From a virus, in the IMG/VR virus record IMGVR_UViG_3300029708_000027, positions 1-33,749 of that record: 33,749 bases of DNA; one strand, given 5' to 3'. The stretch's first letter is position 1; the number at the start of each line of letters is the position of its first letter. Below are positions 1 through 6,671 of this stretch, piece after piece. The translations under genes were made by a program, and so were the position numbers. The notes below the pieces were generated by a model, which saw nothing but the letters and a program-made list of their open reading frames with translations, was not told the origin of the DNA and searched no databases.

Positions 1-99
1 ATACTGCTAACACCTATAGGCAAACCGCTTTCATTATGTCAATTTCCACCCGAGCGAATCCTTATACCAATACCACGTTTGAACCGTTCCATTCTTGAA
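1..99. repeat. Terminal direct repeat, copy 1 (identical to 33651..33749); circular-closure overlap
   Basis: Read directly: ATACTGCTAACACCTATAGG...CCATTCTTGAA at 1..99 recurs exactly at 33651..33749. The repeat cuts through the 3' end of CDS 34..444, which suggests an assembly overlap of a circular or permuted genome. Confidence 0.9.
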
Positions 100-444
100 C
101 GTTGATACCCTTTTAATCCTTCCGTCCGGGTCAATTCCGTAGGTTCTCGATATGTCCTGCTCGTTTCTTTTCTCCTCTGCAAGACGTGCCTCGTCTCTGA
201 TAAGATACTGCCTTTTATTAATAGGCTGTTTATATGTGAAGTCTTGGGCGGCTACATACTTCGCCAGCTTATCAATCCAACCGTTACACAGCTCGGCTTC
301 TACATAACCGCGCCCGTACTTGTCTTTCGTTACCCCGGCGGTATACCCGTATCTCCTTATGAACTCCCATATAATAAACACATGGCAGTTGAGGCATACC
401 GCCATATCCATAAAACTAACTTTCTTCATGAACGATGTTTTCAA
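34..444 (-). CDS. Hypothetical protein (last gene of the early arc)
   Basis: 136-aa ORF. Alternative ATGs at 429 and 411 would shrink or remove the 29-nt overlap with 416..700. CLNCH string near the N-terminus. No family recognised. Confidence 0.6.
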   Translation of the reverse strand: MKTSFMKKVSFMDMAVCLNCHVFIIWEFIRRYGYTAGVTKDKYGRGYVEAELCNGWIDKLAKYVAAQDFTYKQPINKRQYLIRDEARLAEEKRNEQDISRTYGIDPDGRIKRVSTFKNGTVQTWYWYKDSLGWKLT

Positions 445-700
445 TCTTTATATACTTGTAATACGCCCCGGCGCGCGGCTTCTTCATAAACACGTCGCTG
501 CTGCCTGCGCTATATAAGTCTTCGGGCGCGCTCCATGCGCCCACCTCGTCCGCCACACTTTCATGTACTTCTACTATAATCACGTCTTTTAGGCTCGTAT
601 AGCCCACTAATCTAATACCGATAAGGTAATCTACTTCGTCAACCCTTGCGGCTGTTCTATCGCCCCATTTAAGCTTATAGGGAAGCTTTGGTTCTTTCAT
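416..700 (-). CDS. Hypothetical small protein, paralog of the C-terminal half of 675..1043
   Basis: 94-aa ORF. LVGYTSLKDVIIVEVHESVADEVGAWSAPEDL resembles LVGKLYRLDNKMLYLVEIHPEDAAKARAWSVPETEL in the neighbouring gene. Confidence 0.6.
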   Translation of the reverse strand: MKEPKLPYKLKWGDRTAARVDEVDYLIGIRLVGYTSLKDVIIVEVHESVADEVGAWSAPEDLYSAGSSDVFMKKPRAGAYYKYIKIENIVHEES

Positions 701-1043
701 ATAATTCTTCTTTAAATGTCATTTTATAAAATTTTCCTCCTTCCAGTAAATACACTCCGCGTAGCTCCGTTTCCGGGACACTCCACGCACGCGCTTTGGC
801 TGCGTCCTCGGGGTGTATCTCGACCAAGTACAGCATTTTATTATCGAGTCGGTATAACTTACCCACAAGACGCGCCCGGCAAAACTCGGTGCGGTGTTCC
901 GGCTTATACCCACTACTGAAATACTCGGGCTTCCTACGTCGCGCGGCTTTCAACGCAAAATATGCGTCCAAGCCCGTAAAGATTGCCGCGGCTACCGCTA
1001 TGGCTATTACCACGGCATACAATACCATTATTGCCCCTTCCAT
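675..1043 (-). CDS. Membrane-anchored hypothetical protein
   Basis: 122-aa ORF. N-terminal hydrophobic helix VLYAVVIAIAVAAAIFTGL followed by RRRK. The C-terminal half is paralogous to 416..700. Confidence 0.6.
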   Translation of the reverse strand: MEGAIMVLYAVVIAIAVAAAIFTGLDAYFALKAARRRKPEYFSSGYKPEHRTEFCRARLVGKLYRLDNKMLYLVEIHPEDAAKARAWSVPETELRGVYLLEGGKFYKMTFKEELYERTKASL

Positions 1044-1156
1044 TACTCGTCGTACTCCCCATCAATATAACGGGCTGCAAACTTGGCTACGAGCCACAAA
1101 CCAGTTACCAAACCCGCACCTATCACAATTCCAAATAAATGCATTAATGCTTCCAT
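1043..1156 (-). CDS. Small membrane protein, 37 aa (below the ORF-track cutoff)
   Basis: My translation: MEALMHLFGIVIGAGLVTGLWLVAKFAARYIDGEYDE. One transmembrane helix. Its stop overlaps the next start as TAATG, and it fills an otherwise empty 124-nt gap. Confidence 0.4.
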   Translation of the reverse strand: MEALMHLFGIVIGAGLVTGLWLVAKFAARYIDGEYDE

Positions 1157-1167
1157 ACATTTTCCTC

Positions 1168-1653
1168 CTATATTTTTGATGATACATTTTCCAAACCGTC
1201 TCCCATACTAACAAGCTTCATACCTCCGTTCTTACCACGGATATAGGCGGCTTGTACATTGCCGTGCTCGTCCGTAGAGAATTGGATACCCCGTACGCCT
1301 TCGTGCTCCTCGATAAGCTCGCCTATCGTCATATGCTTTGAGACTTCCTCCTCATCCATCAGCTCGTCCGGCTCTACCATCAGCTCGTCCGGCTCTACCA
1401 TCAGCTCGTCCGGCTCTACCATCAGCTCGTCCGGCTCTACCAGCATCCCGGCGTTGCGGTATACGTACGACGGAAACTCATCATCGGACACGCCTATATC
1501 GGTAAGGCCCCAGGTCTGCCAACCCTCATGGCTAACACCTAATATCACGCCGAGCATATCGTTCCAACCAACTACCACGCCGGCATACTCACCGTTCTTG
1601 TTGAATACCGCACGCCCGGCGTACAGCAATGCAAAATCTTTGTTTCTAATCAT
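1168..1653 (-). CDS. Hypothetical protein with an internal (MVEPDEL)x4 repeat
   Basis: 161-aa ORF. The N-terminal part (VVVGWNDMLGVILGVSHEGWQTWGLTDIGV) resembles 1660..1938 and 6396..6671. The acidic heptad repeat is encoded by a perfect 21-bp tandem repeat. Confidence 0.65.
   Translation of the reverse strand: MIRNKDFALLYAGRAVFNKNGEYAGVVVGWNDMLGVILGVSHEGWQTWGLTDIGVSDDEFPSYVYRNAGMLVEPDELMVEPDELMVEPDELMVEPDELMDEEEVSKHMTIGELIEEHEGVRGIQFSTDEHGNVQAAYIRGKNGGMKLVSMGDGLENVSSKI
1357..1444. repeat. Perfect 21-bp tandem repeat, 4 full copies plus 4 nt (CATCAGCTCGTCCGGCTCTAC)
   Basis: Units at 1357..1377, 1378..1398, 1399..1419 and 1420..1440, then CAGC. In frame within CDS 1168..1653, encoding VEPDELM x4. 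Confidence 0.95.
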
Positions 1654-1659
1654 AATCTT

Positions 1660-1938
1660 CTAATCTATTAAATCATTAACACTGGCGTAGCAATATTTTT
1701 CACAGTCTTTGGATATCACGTCGAAAGGCCCCAGCGCCGACCAGTCCCAGCCCCCAATTTGCGAGGCATCTACTATCAGCAAGGAGTCACCTGTCAATTC
1801 ATTGTGTATATACCCCACCACCTCGCAATCTATGCCCCGGCAGTTAGCTAACCGCCCTATGTACTTTCCCATCGGATGGGCTTCGAACTTTTTAAACTGT
1901 GAATACATCTCACTAACTGCTTTTGAATACTTTTCCAT
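1660..1938 (-). CDS. Hypothetical small protein (VVG...IVD...GW..SAL family)
   Basis: 92-aa ORF. The start sits exactly 26 nt downstream of a TATATTTG box. CEVVGYIHNELTGDSLLIVDASQIGGWDWSALGPFDV aligns with 6396..6671. Confidence 0.7.
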   Translation of the reverse strand: MEKYSKAVSEMYSQFKKFEAHPMGKYIGRLANCRGIDCEVVGYIHNELTGDSLLIVDASQIGGWDWSALGPFDVISKDCEKYCYASVNDLID

Positions 1939-1964
1939 AATCTTCTGTTTTTAAATCGTTGATA

Positions 1965-2006
1965 CAAATATAACGCTTTTCCCGTTATGTTGGTTCTTTC
2001 GTTAAC
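1965..2006 (-). promoter_or_regulatory. Bacteroidota-type promoter, class II cassette, for 1660..1938
   Basis: Minus strand reads GTTAACGAAAGAACCAAC-N19-TATATTTG-N26-ATG. The -7 box lies at 1965..1972 and GTTAAC at 2001..2006. Near-identical cassettes occur at 13806..13847 and 15987..16028. Confidence 0.6.
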
Positions 2007-2007
2007 A

Positions 2008-2157
2008 TCATTTAAGTATTAAACTATCCTTCAGTGATAGCCCGTACTCTAATTGCTGTAGCTTGAAATTACGCTGTATGCTGTCCGCTGCGTTCTGTAC
2101 TACGGTGCAGCCTACCAAAAGTAGTAGGACTGCGATAACTGTTATTGACTTTTTCAT
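2008..2157 (-). CDS. Small predicted lipoprotein, 49 aa (below the ORF-track cutoff)
   Basis: My translation: MKKSITVIAVLLLLVGCTVVQNAADSIQRNFKLQQLEYGLSLKDSLILK. Signal peptide with lipobox LVGC. Its ATG overlaps the methyltransferase stop as ATGA. Confidence 0.5.
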   Translation of the reverse strand: MKKSITVIAVLLLLVGCTVVQNAADSIQRNFKLQQLEYGLSLKDSLILK

Positions 2158-2876
2158 TGGTCAAAGCATTTTATGCATTCAAACAGATATTGTGCCATGA
2201 GTGGTTGAACTGCGTTACCTATACACTTGTTTCTGTCCATGAGGTCGGGAAGCTCATTAGTGCTTCCGAGAGTTCGGGGTTCGGGTAAATCCCGTCGCTC
2301 TCCCCATCCCGGATATACTCGTGGAAGTTCCCACGGTAAGTAGGGCTCCCGAAAAACCGATTGCACGGGCTTCCCTTCGCCGAACTTACACACGGGGTAG
2401 GCAATGATATATATCCTTTCTCGGCGTTGTTGCAATCCAAGGAAGCTACCTTGTAGACATTGCCACTGCGCATCATACCCGATTTCGGAAAGTCCATGTA
2501 AGACGTACTCGAATCCTCGCTTTCTAAGTAGAGGGCTATTTTCGATAATGACATAATCGGGTCTGACTTCTCCGATAATTCGGTGCATGTGCCCCCACAG
2601 TCCAGACCTGCTTCCCTTAATTCCTGCGCCTTTTCCAGCAGCGCTGATGTCCTGGCAAGGGAATCCACCGCTGATGATGTTAACAAATGGCGGGTTTTCA
2701 AGCGTTCTAATATCTCCATATACTGTGTGCCCATCTCCAAAATTCTTTTTAATTACTTTCGTTTGATACTTTTCAAATTCACAACTCCATTCGGTTTTTA
2801 TGCCAGCAAGTGCAGCCCCCAAACCAAATCCCTCTACTCCGCTAAACAGCGAGCCGTGCGTTAATTCTCTTTTCAT
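2154..2876 (-). CDS. DNA (cytosine-5)-methyltransferase, compact form (240 aa)
   Basis: Motifs in canonical order: FSGVEGFGLG (I), GGFPCQDIS (IV, catalytic PCQ), ENSPLL (VI), QQRRERIYIIA (VIII), IGNAVQP (X). Only about 55 aa separate motifs VIII and X. A 4-nt overlap links it to the SNF2 gene. Confidence 0.85.
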   Translation of the reverse strand: MKRELTHGSLFSGVEGFGLGAALAGIKTEWSCEFEKYQTKVIKKNFGDGHTVYGDIRTLENPPFVNIISGGFPCQDISAAGKGAGIKGSRSGLWGHMHRIIGEVRPDYVIIENSPLLRKRGFEYVLHGLSEIGYDAQWQCLQGSFLGLQQRRERIYIIAYPVCKFGEGKPVQSVFREPYLPWELPRVYPGWGERRDLPEPRTLGSTNELPDLMDRNKCIGNAVQPLMAQYLFECIKCFDQ

Positions 2877-4261
2877 TTCTTACTGTAAAATTCCATAAGT
2901 TCTTTAATGCTCTGCATAAGCCCGTCTTGCGTATGTTTCTTGCCATCCAGGGCTTTTATTATCTTCTCGTCTACCGTTCCCGTGGTTAAGATGTGATGAA
3001 CGGTTACGGGGTACGTTTGCCCCTGGCGGTACAACCGGGCGTTGAACTGCATGTATAGTTCCAAGCTCCATGTATTGCCAAACCATATAAGCGTATGCCC
3101 ACCTTTTTGTAGGTTAAGCCCGTGCCCTGCGCTCGCTGGGTGCGTTACAAGCACTTTAATCTTACCGGCGTTCCACTCGGCTATCTGTTCGGGCTTTTCC
3201 AGTTTGACGGGCTTGTATGCCTTTAGCTTCTTCATTATGCGGTCAAGGTCATGCTCGTAAGAGTAGGCAACCAATACGGGCGAGCCGTTTGCAGCCTCTA
3301 CAAGCTCCTCGAGCTTCTCTAACTTCTCGTCGTGCAACTCGATAACCTTTCGGTCGGCATCGTATATTGCACCGTTTGCGAATTGCTGTAGCTTATTGGA
3401 CAACGCTGCCGCACTTGCCGCGCTTATTGGCTCGTCCGAGTTGATAAGCTCCAATACTTGCTCCTTCTCAAACTCCTTATACTGTGCCAGCACCTTCGGG
3501 GACAACTCTACGCGGTCGTATATGTTAATGCGGTCGGGCATCTTCAAATAGTCCTCTGCCGTCATTGATATGGTTATATCACCTATTAGGTCACTTATTT
3601 GCTTCTCTGTCTCCTCCTGGGGGCTTTTCAGTGCATAACTGAACACTATATCGCCGTTCCGTTTATCGGGTCTAAAAAACCTATCCCTGTACGCTGTGAT
3701 TGATTTACCGAGCCTTTGCCCTTGGTCAATCAAATACATTTGCGCGAATAGGTCTATTAGTCCGTTTGGCGATGGTGTACCCGTCAAGCCTACTACCCGG
3801 GGAATAAACTTTCGCACCTTTCTAAGGGCTTTAAAACGCTTTGAGGCGTAGTTCTTAAAACTGCTCAACTCATCGATAACTACCATATCATAGGGAAGTT
3901 TAATACCTCCGTACTCCATTACGAGCCAAACAATGTTATCACGGCTAATTGCGTATATGTCCGCTTTCTTCTCGTAGGCTTCCCGGCGTTGTTTAACTGT
4001 ACCGTCTATGACTGATATCGTCAAGTCCTTAAGGTGCGCCCATGCCTTAATCTCATCGCTCCAGGTAACCTGCGTTACTTTCTTCGGGGCAATTACCAGG
4101 CAATTAGATATAATGCAATTATCTAAAAGGTCTTTGATGGCTGTTAAGGTTGTTACTGTCTTGCCCAAACCCATATCAAGGAACAACGCGCAAAACTCGT
4201 TGTCGATAATATGTTGCACTCCCTTTACTTGGTATTCATGTAATTGCTTTCTTTCTAACAT
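2873..4261 (-). CDS. SNF2-family helicase/translocase
   Basis: DMGLGKT (motif I), VVIDELS (motif II), LTGTPSPNG (III), ASAGHGLNLQ (V), YRQGQT (VI). Placed next to VRR-NUC and the primase, as in the known DUF2800/DUF2815/PolA phage replication module. Confidence 0.9.
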   Translation of the reverse strand: MLERKQLHEYQVKGVQHIIDNEFCALFLDMGLGKTVTTLTAIKDLLDNCIISNCLVIAPKKVTQVTWSDEIKAWAHLKDLTISVIDGTVKQRREAYEKKADIYAISRDNIVWLVMEYGGIKLPYDMVVIDELSSFKNYASKRFKALRKVRKFIPRVVGLTGTPSPNGLIDLFAQMYLIDQGQRLGKSITAYRDRFFRPDKRNGDIVFSYALKSPQEETEKQISDLIGDITISMTAEDYLKMPDRINIYDRVELSPKVLAQYKEFEKEQVLELINSDEPISAASAAALSNKLQQFANGAIYDADRKVIELHDEKLEKLEELVEAANGSPVLVAYSYEHDLDRIMKKLKAYKPVKLEKPEQIAEWNAGKIKVLVTHPASAGHGLNLQKGGHTLIWFGNTWSLELYMQFNARLYRQGQTYPVTVHHILTTGTVDEKIIKALDGKKHTQDGLMQSIKELMEFYSKK

Positions 4262-4431
4262 AACATTGCTTTTATCATTGCTAACTGGGCGCTAAACTCA
4301 TGGAGAGCCGCCGGCGTTATATGCCCTAATACGCGGTCGTAATCGGCAGCGCACTTAATGCGCTGCCCGTTGATTACTATTTCGGTGTGTCCTGCGATAC
4401 ATTTTAACTTTAAATCTATATAGCTTACCAT
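4255..4431 (-). CDS. Hypothetical small protein, 58 aa (below the ORF-track cutoff)
   Basis: My translation: MVSYIDLKLKCIAGHTEIVINGQRIKCAADYDRVLGHITPAALHEFSAQLAMIKAMLC. It starts 6 nt after the upstream stop and overlaps the SNF2 start by 7 nt. It fills a 176-nt gap. Confidence 0.4.
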   Translation of the reverse strand: MVSYIDLKLKCIAGHTEIVINGQRIKCAADYDRVLGHITPAALHEFSAQLAMIKAMLC

Positions 4432-4437
4432 GGCTTA

Positions 4438-4680
4438 TTACTTCATTAATTTTGTTTTATAGAACACACAAATGCTTTTGAAATCCTGCTCATCCGATAC
4501 GTACCCCAGTGTTTTACGCGAAAGAAAATTAACGTCTCGGGTAATATCGCGTTGCAACTGGTCTAGAATTTCCTCGGTGTTACCGAACTTATCGTCGCGG
4601 ACATACAGCGCGCCGGACTTGATACCAAAGTACATACCCAAACGGTATTCAATTTCTTTTTTTAAACTTCTCTTTTTCAT
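4438..4680 (-). CDS. Hypothetical small protein
   Basis: 80-aa ORF. The ATG sits exactly 26 nt downstream of a TATCTTTG box. Confidence 0.65.
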   Translation of the reverse strand: MKKRSLKKEIEYRLGMYFGIKSGALYVRDDKFGNTEEILDQLQRDITRDVNFLSRKTLGYVSDEQDFKSICVFYKTKLMK

Positions 4681-4703
4681 GATTTCTGTTTTTTAATTTG
4701 ATG

Positions 4704-5045
4704 CTACAAAGATAACCCTTTTCCCGGTGCGTTGTTTATTTCCTTAACATTTCTTAAGAAGAAACTTATTGCAGCGTCCCTGCTTTCCAAATCATCGATA
4801 ACAAATACTTTGAAGCCTAAAGCCTCTAACTTGCTATGTACTAATAACTGTATCTTAGTTGGCTTCTTTCCTGTGGTCTTTATCTCGGCAAATCCTACAT
4901 ATCCACCCTGGCAAAGTATCATTCTATCCGGCAAACCTTTTACAAAGGTGGATAATAACTTTATTACCCACACTTTTTTTGTTCGGTTAAGCTTCTCGGA
5001 GAATGTGCGCTCTAAATCTTTTTCACTTATTATTTCCTTTGACAT
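4704..5045 (-). CDS. VRR-NUC domain nuclease
   Basis: GLPDRMILCQGGYVGFAEIKTTGKKPTKIQ matches the VRR-NUC core (PD...E.K...Q). Confidence 0.85.
   Translation of the reverse strand: MSKEIISEKDLERTFSEKLNRTKKVWVIKLLSTFVKGLPDRMILCQGGYVGFAEIKTTGKKPTKIQLLVHSKLEALGFKVFVIDDLESRDAAISFFLRNVKEINNAPGKGLSL
4707..4734 (-). promoter_or_regulatory. Bacteroidota-type promoter (class II-like) embedded in the 3' end of the VRR-NUC gene, for 4438..4680
   Basis: Minus strand reads AACAACGCACCGGGAAAAGGGT-TATCTTTG-N26-ATG. It is homologous to the 1965..2006 cassette (GGGAAAAGCGT-TATATTTG). Confidence 0.5.
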
Positions 5046-5781
5046 GTTGTAATCCTTGGTTATAAATCTTGCGCTCTGTTACTACCTTGGTGAATTTCCC
5101 GTTGTCATCGAACCTCATATACACGTGCCCCTCGGGAGTGGAATCCATGTATCGGTATAAGTTACCGTGTGCTATTATATAGTCATGTTTCTCGTATGCT
5201 ACACCGTACTTACCGATTTCCATAGATACCGCGTGGTCTTCTTTGCCTAACGAGACTTCGTACAGTCCGAAAGAGCGTTTAGGCATCCAGTCGTATGTAA
5301 AATAGCCCCATAAACCCAGGCCTCCAAGGTCTAAATATGTGTGCGTCTTTCTTCTACACCCGAGATACGCGTATGGTCTGCCATCCAATTGGAAAACGCT
5401 ATACACATTATATATTCCGTCGAACTTTGCACTCTCATTGTATCGTAGTTCGGGCTTGTCCTTTTCAGAAGGGCAAATAACTGTTTTATAATCGGCTTTT
5501 TCCGCTGGGAGGATGGCTGTTTTGTAGCCAGGTTCGTTGCCCTCTATTACTCCGGTACGCTCTGCCTCTAACTGTCTGATACGCTCCTTGCACACATGGA
5601 TAATCTTTTCGTAGTCCAGCTTTCTATCTTCACCATCTTTGGTACGTAACACCCGTTTAACTATGTCCGCATCCCAGGGGTTCAAACCGTACTCTAACCA
5701 AATGTCCCAGGGTTGTATCTTATGTTTTGAATAATCGGACTTTCCCACATTGTAATCTCTAACGTTTTCACTTGTTGACAT
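5023..5781 (-). CDS. DUF3310-like N-terminal domain protein with an uncharacterised C-terminal domain
   Basis: DYSKHKIQPWDIWLEYGLNPWDADIVKRVLRTKDGEDRKLDYEKIIH resembles DUF3310. I favour the start MSTSEN at 5781. The track ORF extends to 5859, but that extension overlaps a better-placed small ORF. Confidence 0.6.
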   Translation of the reverse strand: MSTSENVRDYNVGKSDYSKHKIQPWDIWLEYGLNPWDADIVKRVLRTKDGEDRKLDYEKIIHVCKERIRQLEAERTGVIEGNEPGYKTAILPAEKADYKTVICPSEKDKPELRYNESAKFDGIYNVYSVFQLDGRPYAYLGCRRKTHTYLDLGGLGLWGYFTYDWMPKRSFGLYEVSLGKEDHAVSMEIGKYGVAYEKHDYIIAHGNLYRYMDSTPEGHVYMRFDDNGKFTKVVTERKIYNQGLQHVKGNNK

Positions 5782-5929
5782 AACACAATAGTATTTTATT
5801 TGTTTTGAACTCATTTTTATAAAACGCCCGTGCCATCTCCACGGTTGGAAACACCCCATCGTCCGGGGTCGGATAATAAGAGGTACGCCCCCCTTCGTTT
5901 ACTGCGATAACTTTTAAGATAGTAACCAT
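5768..5929 (-). CDS. Hypothetical small protein, 53 aa (below the ORF-track cutoff)
   Basis: My translation: MVTILKVIAVNEGGRTSYYPTPDDGVFPTVEMARAFYKNEFKTNKILLCYVNK. It starts 6 nt after the upstream stop and its 3' end overlaps the next ATG by 14 nt. It is an alternative to the long form 5023..5859. Confidence 0.35.
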   Translation of the reverse strand: MVTILKVIAVNEGGRTSYYPTPDDGVFPTVEMARAFYKNEFKTNKILLCYVNK

Positions 5930-5935
5930 TTTAAT

Positions 5936-6139
5936 TTAATTGTTTTCTAAGTTAATACACTCCGTTAGTTCTTGCATGCTCGTTTCTGTCAGTTGACGCG
6001 TGTAAGTCTGTCCCAGCATACCGATAAATGGTTTGCCGTCCACGTACATGATACGCGATACGTGTTCAACGTTGATATACTCTACTTGCAATTCACCCTT
6101 AACTACGAATGTCAGTTCAATAAAATTTCCACTTTTCAT
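5936..6139 (-). CDS. Hypothetical small protein
   Basis: 67-aa ORF preceded by the conserved leader CAATTTAAAAACGAAAGATT-ATG. Confidence 0.6.
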   Translation of the reverse strand: MKSGNFIELTFVVKGELQVEYINVEHVSRIMYVDGKPFIGMLGQTYTRQLTETSMQELTECINLENN

Positions 6140-6151
6140 AATCTTTCGTTT

Positions 6152-6319
6152 TTAAATTGTTAAACCGTAATTTGATATAAATTCTAAAGCTTCTTTCCTT
6201 GTTTCAAATCTTCTGGATAAACTATTTCGGTACAATCCCGTTTCGGCATTTATTATGTTCACTTGAAAAGCTATCCTACCGAATGTTTTTACTCTAACTA
6301 CTTCCGCTCTGTCACTCAT
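6152..6319 (-). CDS. Hypothetical small protein, 55 aa (below the ORF-track cutoff)
   Basis: My translation: MSDRAEVVRVKTFGRIAFQVNIINAETGLYRNSLSRRFETRKEALEFISNYGLTI. Preceded by the conserved leader AAATTTAAAAACAAAAGATT-ATG and the GAACC hairpin cassette. Confidence 0.5.
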   Translation of the reverse strand: MSDRAEVVRVKTFGRIAFQVNIINAETGLYRNSLSRRFETRKEALEFISNYGLTI

Positions 6320-6357
6320 AATCTTTTGTTTTTAAATTTCTGATATATACTATAAAC

Positions 6358-6387
6358 GTTTGCGGTTTTAAAAGGTTCACCGCAAAC
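6358..6387 (-). promoter_or_regulatory. GAACC-hairpin cassette, copy 1 (conserved CGGTGAACCTTT)
   Basis: Arms GTTTGCGGT (6358..6366) and ACCGCAAAC (6379..6387) form 9 bp around the 12-nt loop TTTAAAAGGTTC. The hairpin lies 8 nt after the stop of 6396..6671 and is followed on the minus strand by GTTTATAGTAT. Confidence 0.5.
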
Positions 6388-6395
6388 CTATATTT

Positions 6396-6671
6396 TTATT
6401 CTAAAACGGTTACAACATCATTTAAATTCACAAACCAGTATGTTTTGGCCTCCCTCATTACTATGTCCGTATCACACAGGGCACTCCCTGACCAGCCCAG
6501 GCTCTTGCCGTCTATAATAACGTCGCGCGTGTTATTATAGTTAAACCCTATTACTTCTACTATTGAGAACCTATCAAATACTGGTTTGGCTACGCGTTGT
6601 TCTTGCTCTTCTTTTGGTAGGGCACGCAATTTAACTAATACCTTTTTTCCTACTAATTCTTCTTGTCTCAT
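6396..6671 (-). CDS. Hypothetical small protein (VVG...IVD...GW..SAL family)
   Basis: 91-aa ORF. VEVIGFNYNNTRDVIIDGKSLGWSGSALCDTDI...NLNDV aligns with 1660..1938. Confidence 0.7.
   Translation of the reverse strand: MRQEELVGKKVLVKLRALPKEEQEQRVAKPVFDRFSIVEVIGFNYNNTRDVIIDGKSLGWSGSALCDTDIVMREAKTYWFVNLNDVVTVLE

Noticed and set aside
1-99. The 99-bp terminal repeat read as a genuine physical direct terminal repeat (T7-style).
   Set aside because: The repeat boundary cuts through a coding sequence, and the repeat has an exact, round, k-mer-like length. A circular-closure overlap is the more economical explanation. It cannot be excluded without read-end analysis.
1357-1444. Regular 21-bp repeats that could superficially suggest a CRISPR-like array.
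   Set aside because: The units are directly adjacent with no spacers, are in frame within a CDS, and encode a heptad peptide repeat. No cas genes are present.
2219-2740. A 173-aa ORF in the +1 frame on the same strand, lying entirely inside the C5 methyltransferase gene. It contains strings reminiscent of other C5 methyltransferase families: SLPTPCVSSAKG and PELSEALMSFPTSWTE, which resemble the WPTP...KG and LMGFP..WT motifs.
   Set aside because: The annotated frame (2154..2876) already carries motifs I, IV, VI, VIII and X contiguously. Its C-terminus (LPDLMDRNKCIGNAV) matches the short-TRD family directly. Using the alternative frame would need two frame changes. The ORF starts at TTG and its first ~100 aa look non-protein-like. 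I treat the resemblance as chance or an overprinting curiosity. HMM scoring of both frames would settle it.
6371-6382. GGTTCACCG strings resembling a tRNA T-arm (GGTTCRANYC), seen here and at 6721..6732 and 16290..16301.
   Set aside because: The surrounding sequence forms only a single hairpin of about 30 nt. I could not fold an acceptor, D or anticodon arm, and the context fits a regulatory cassette instead.
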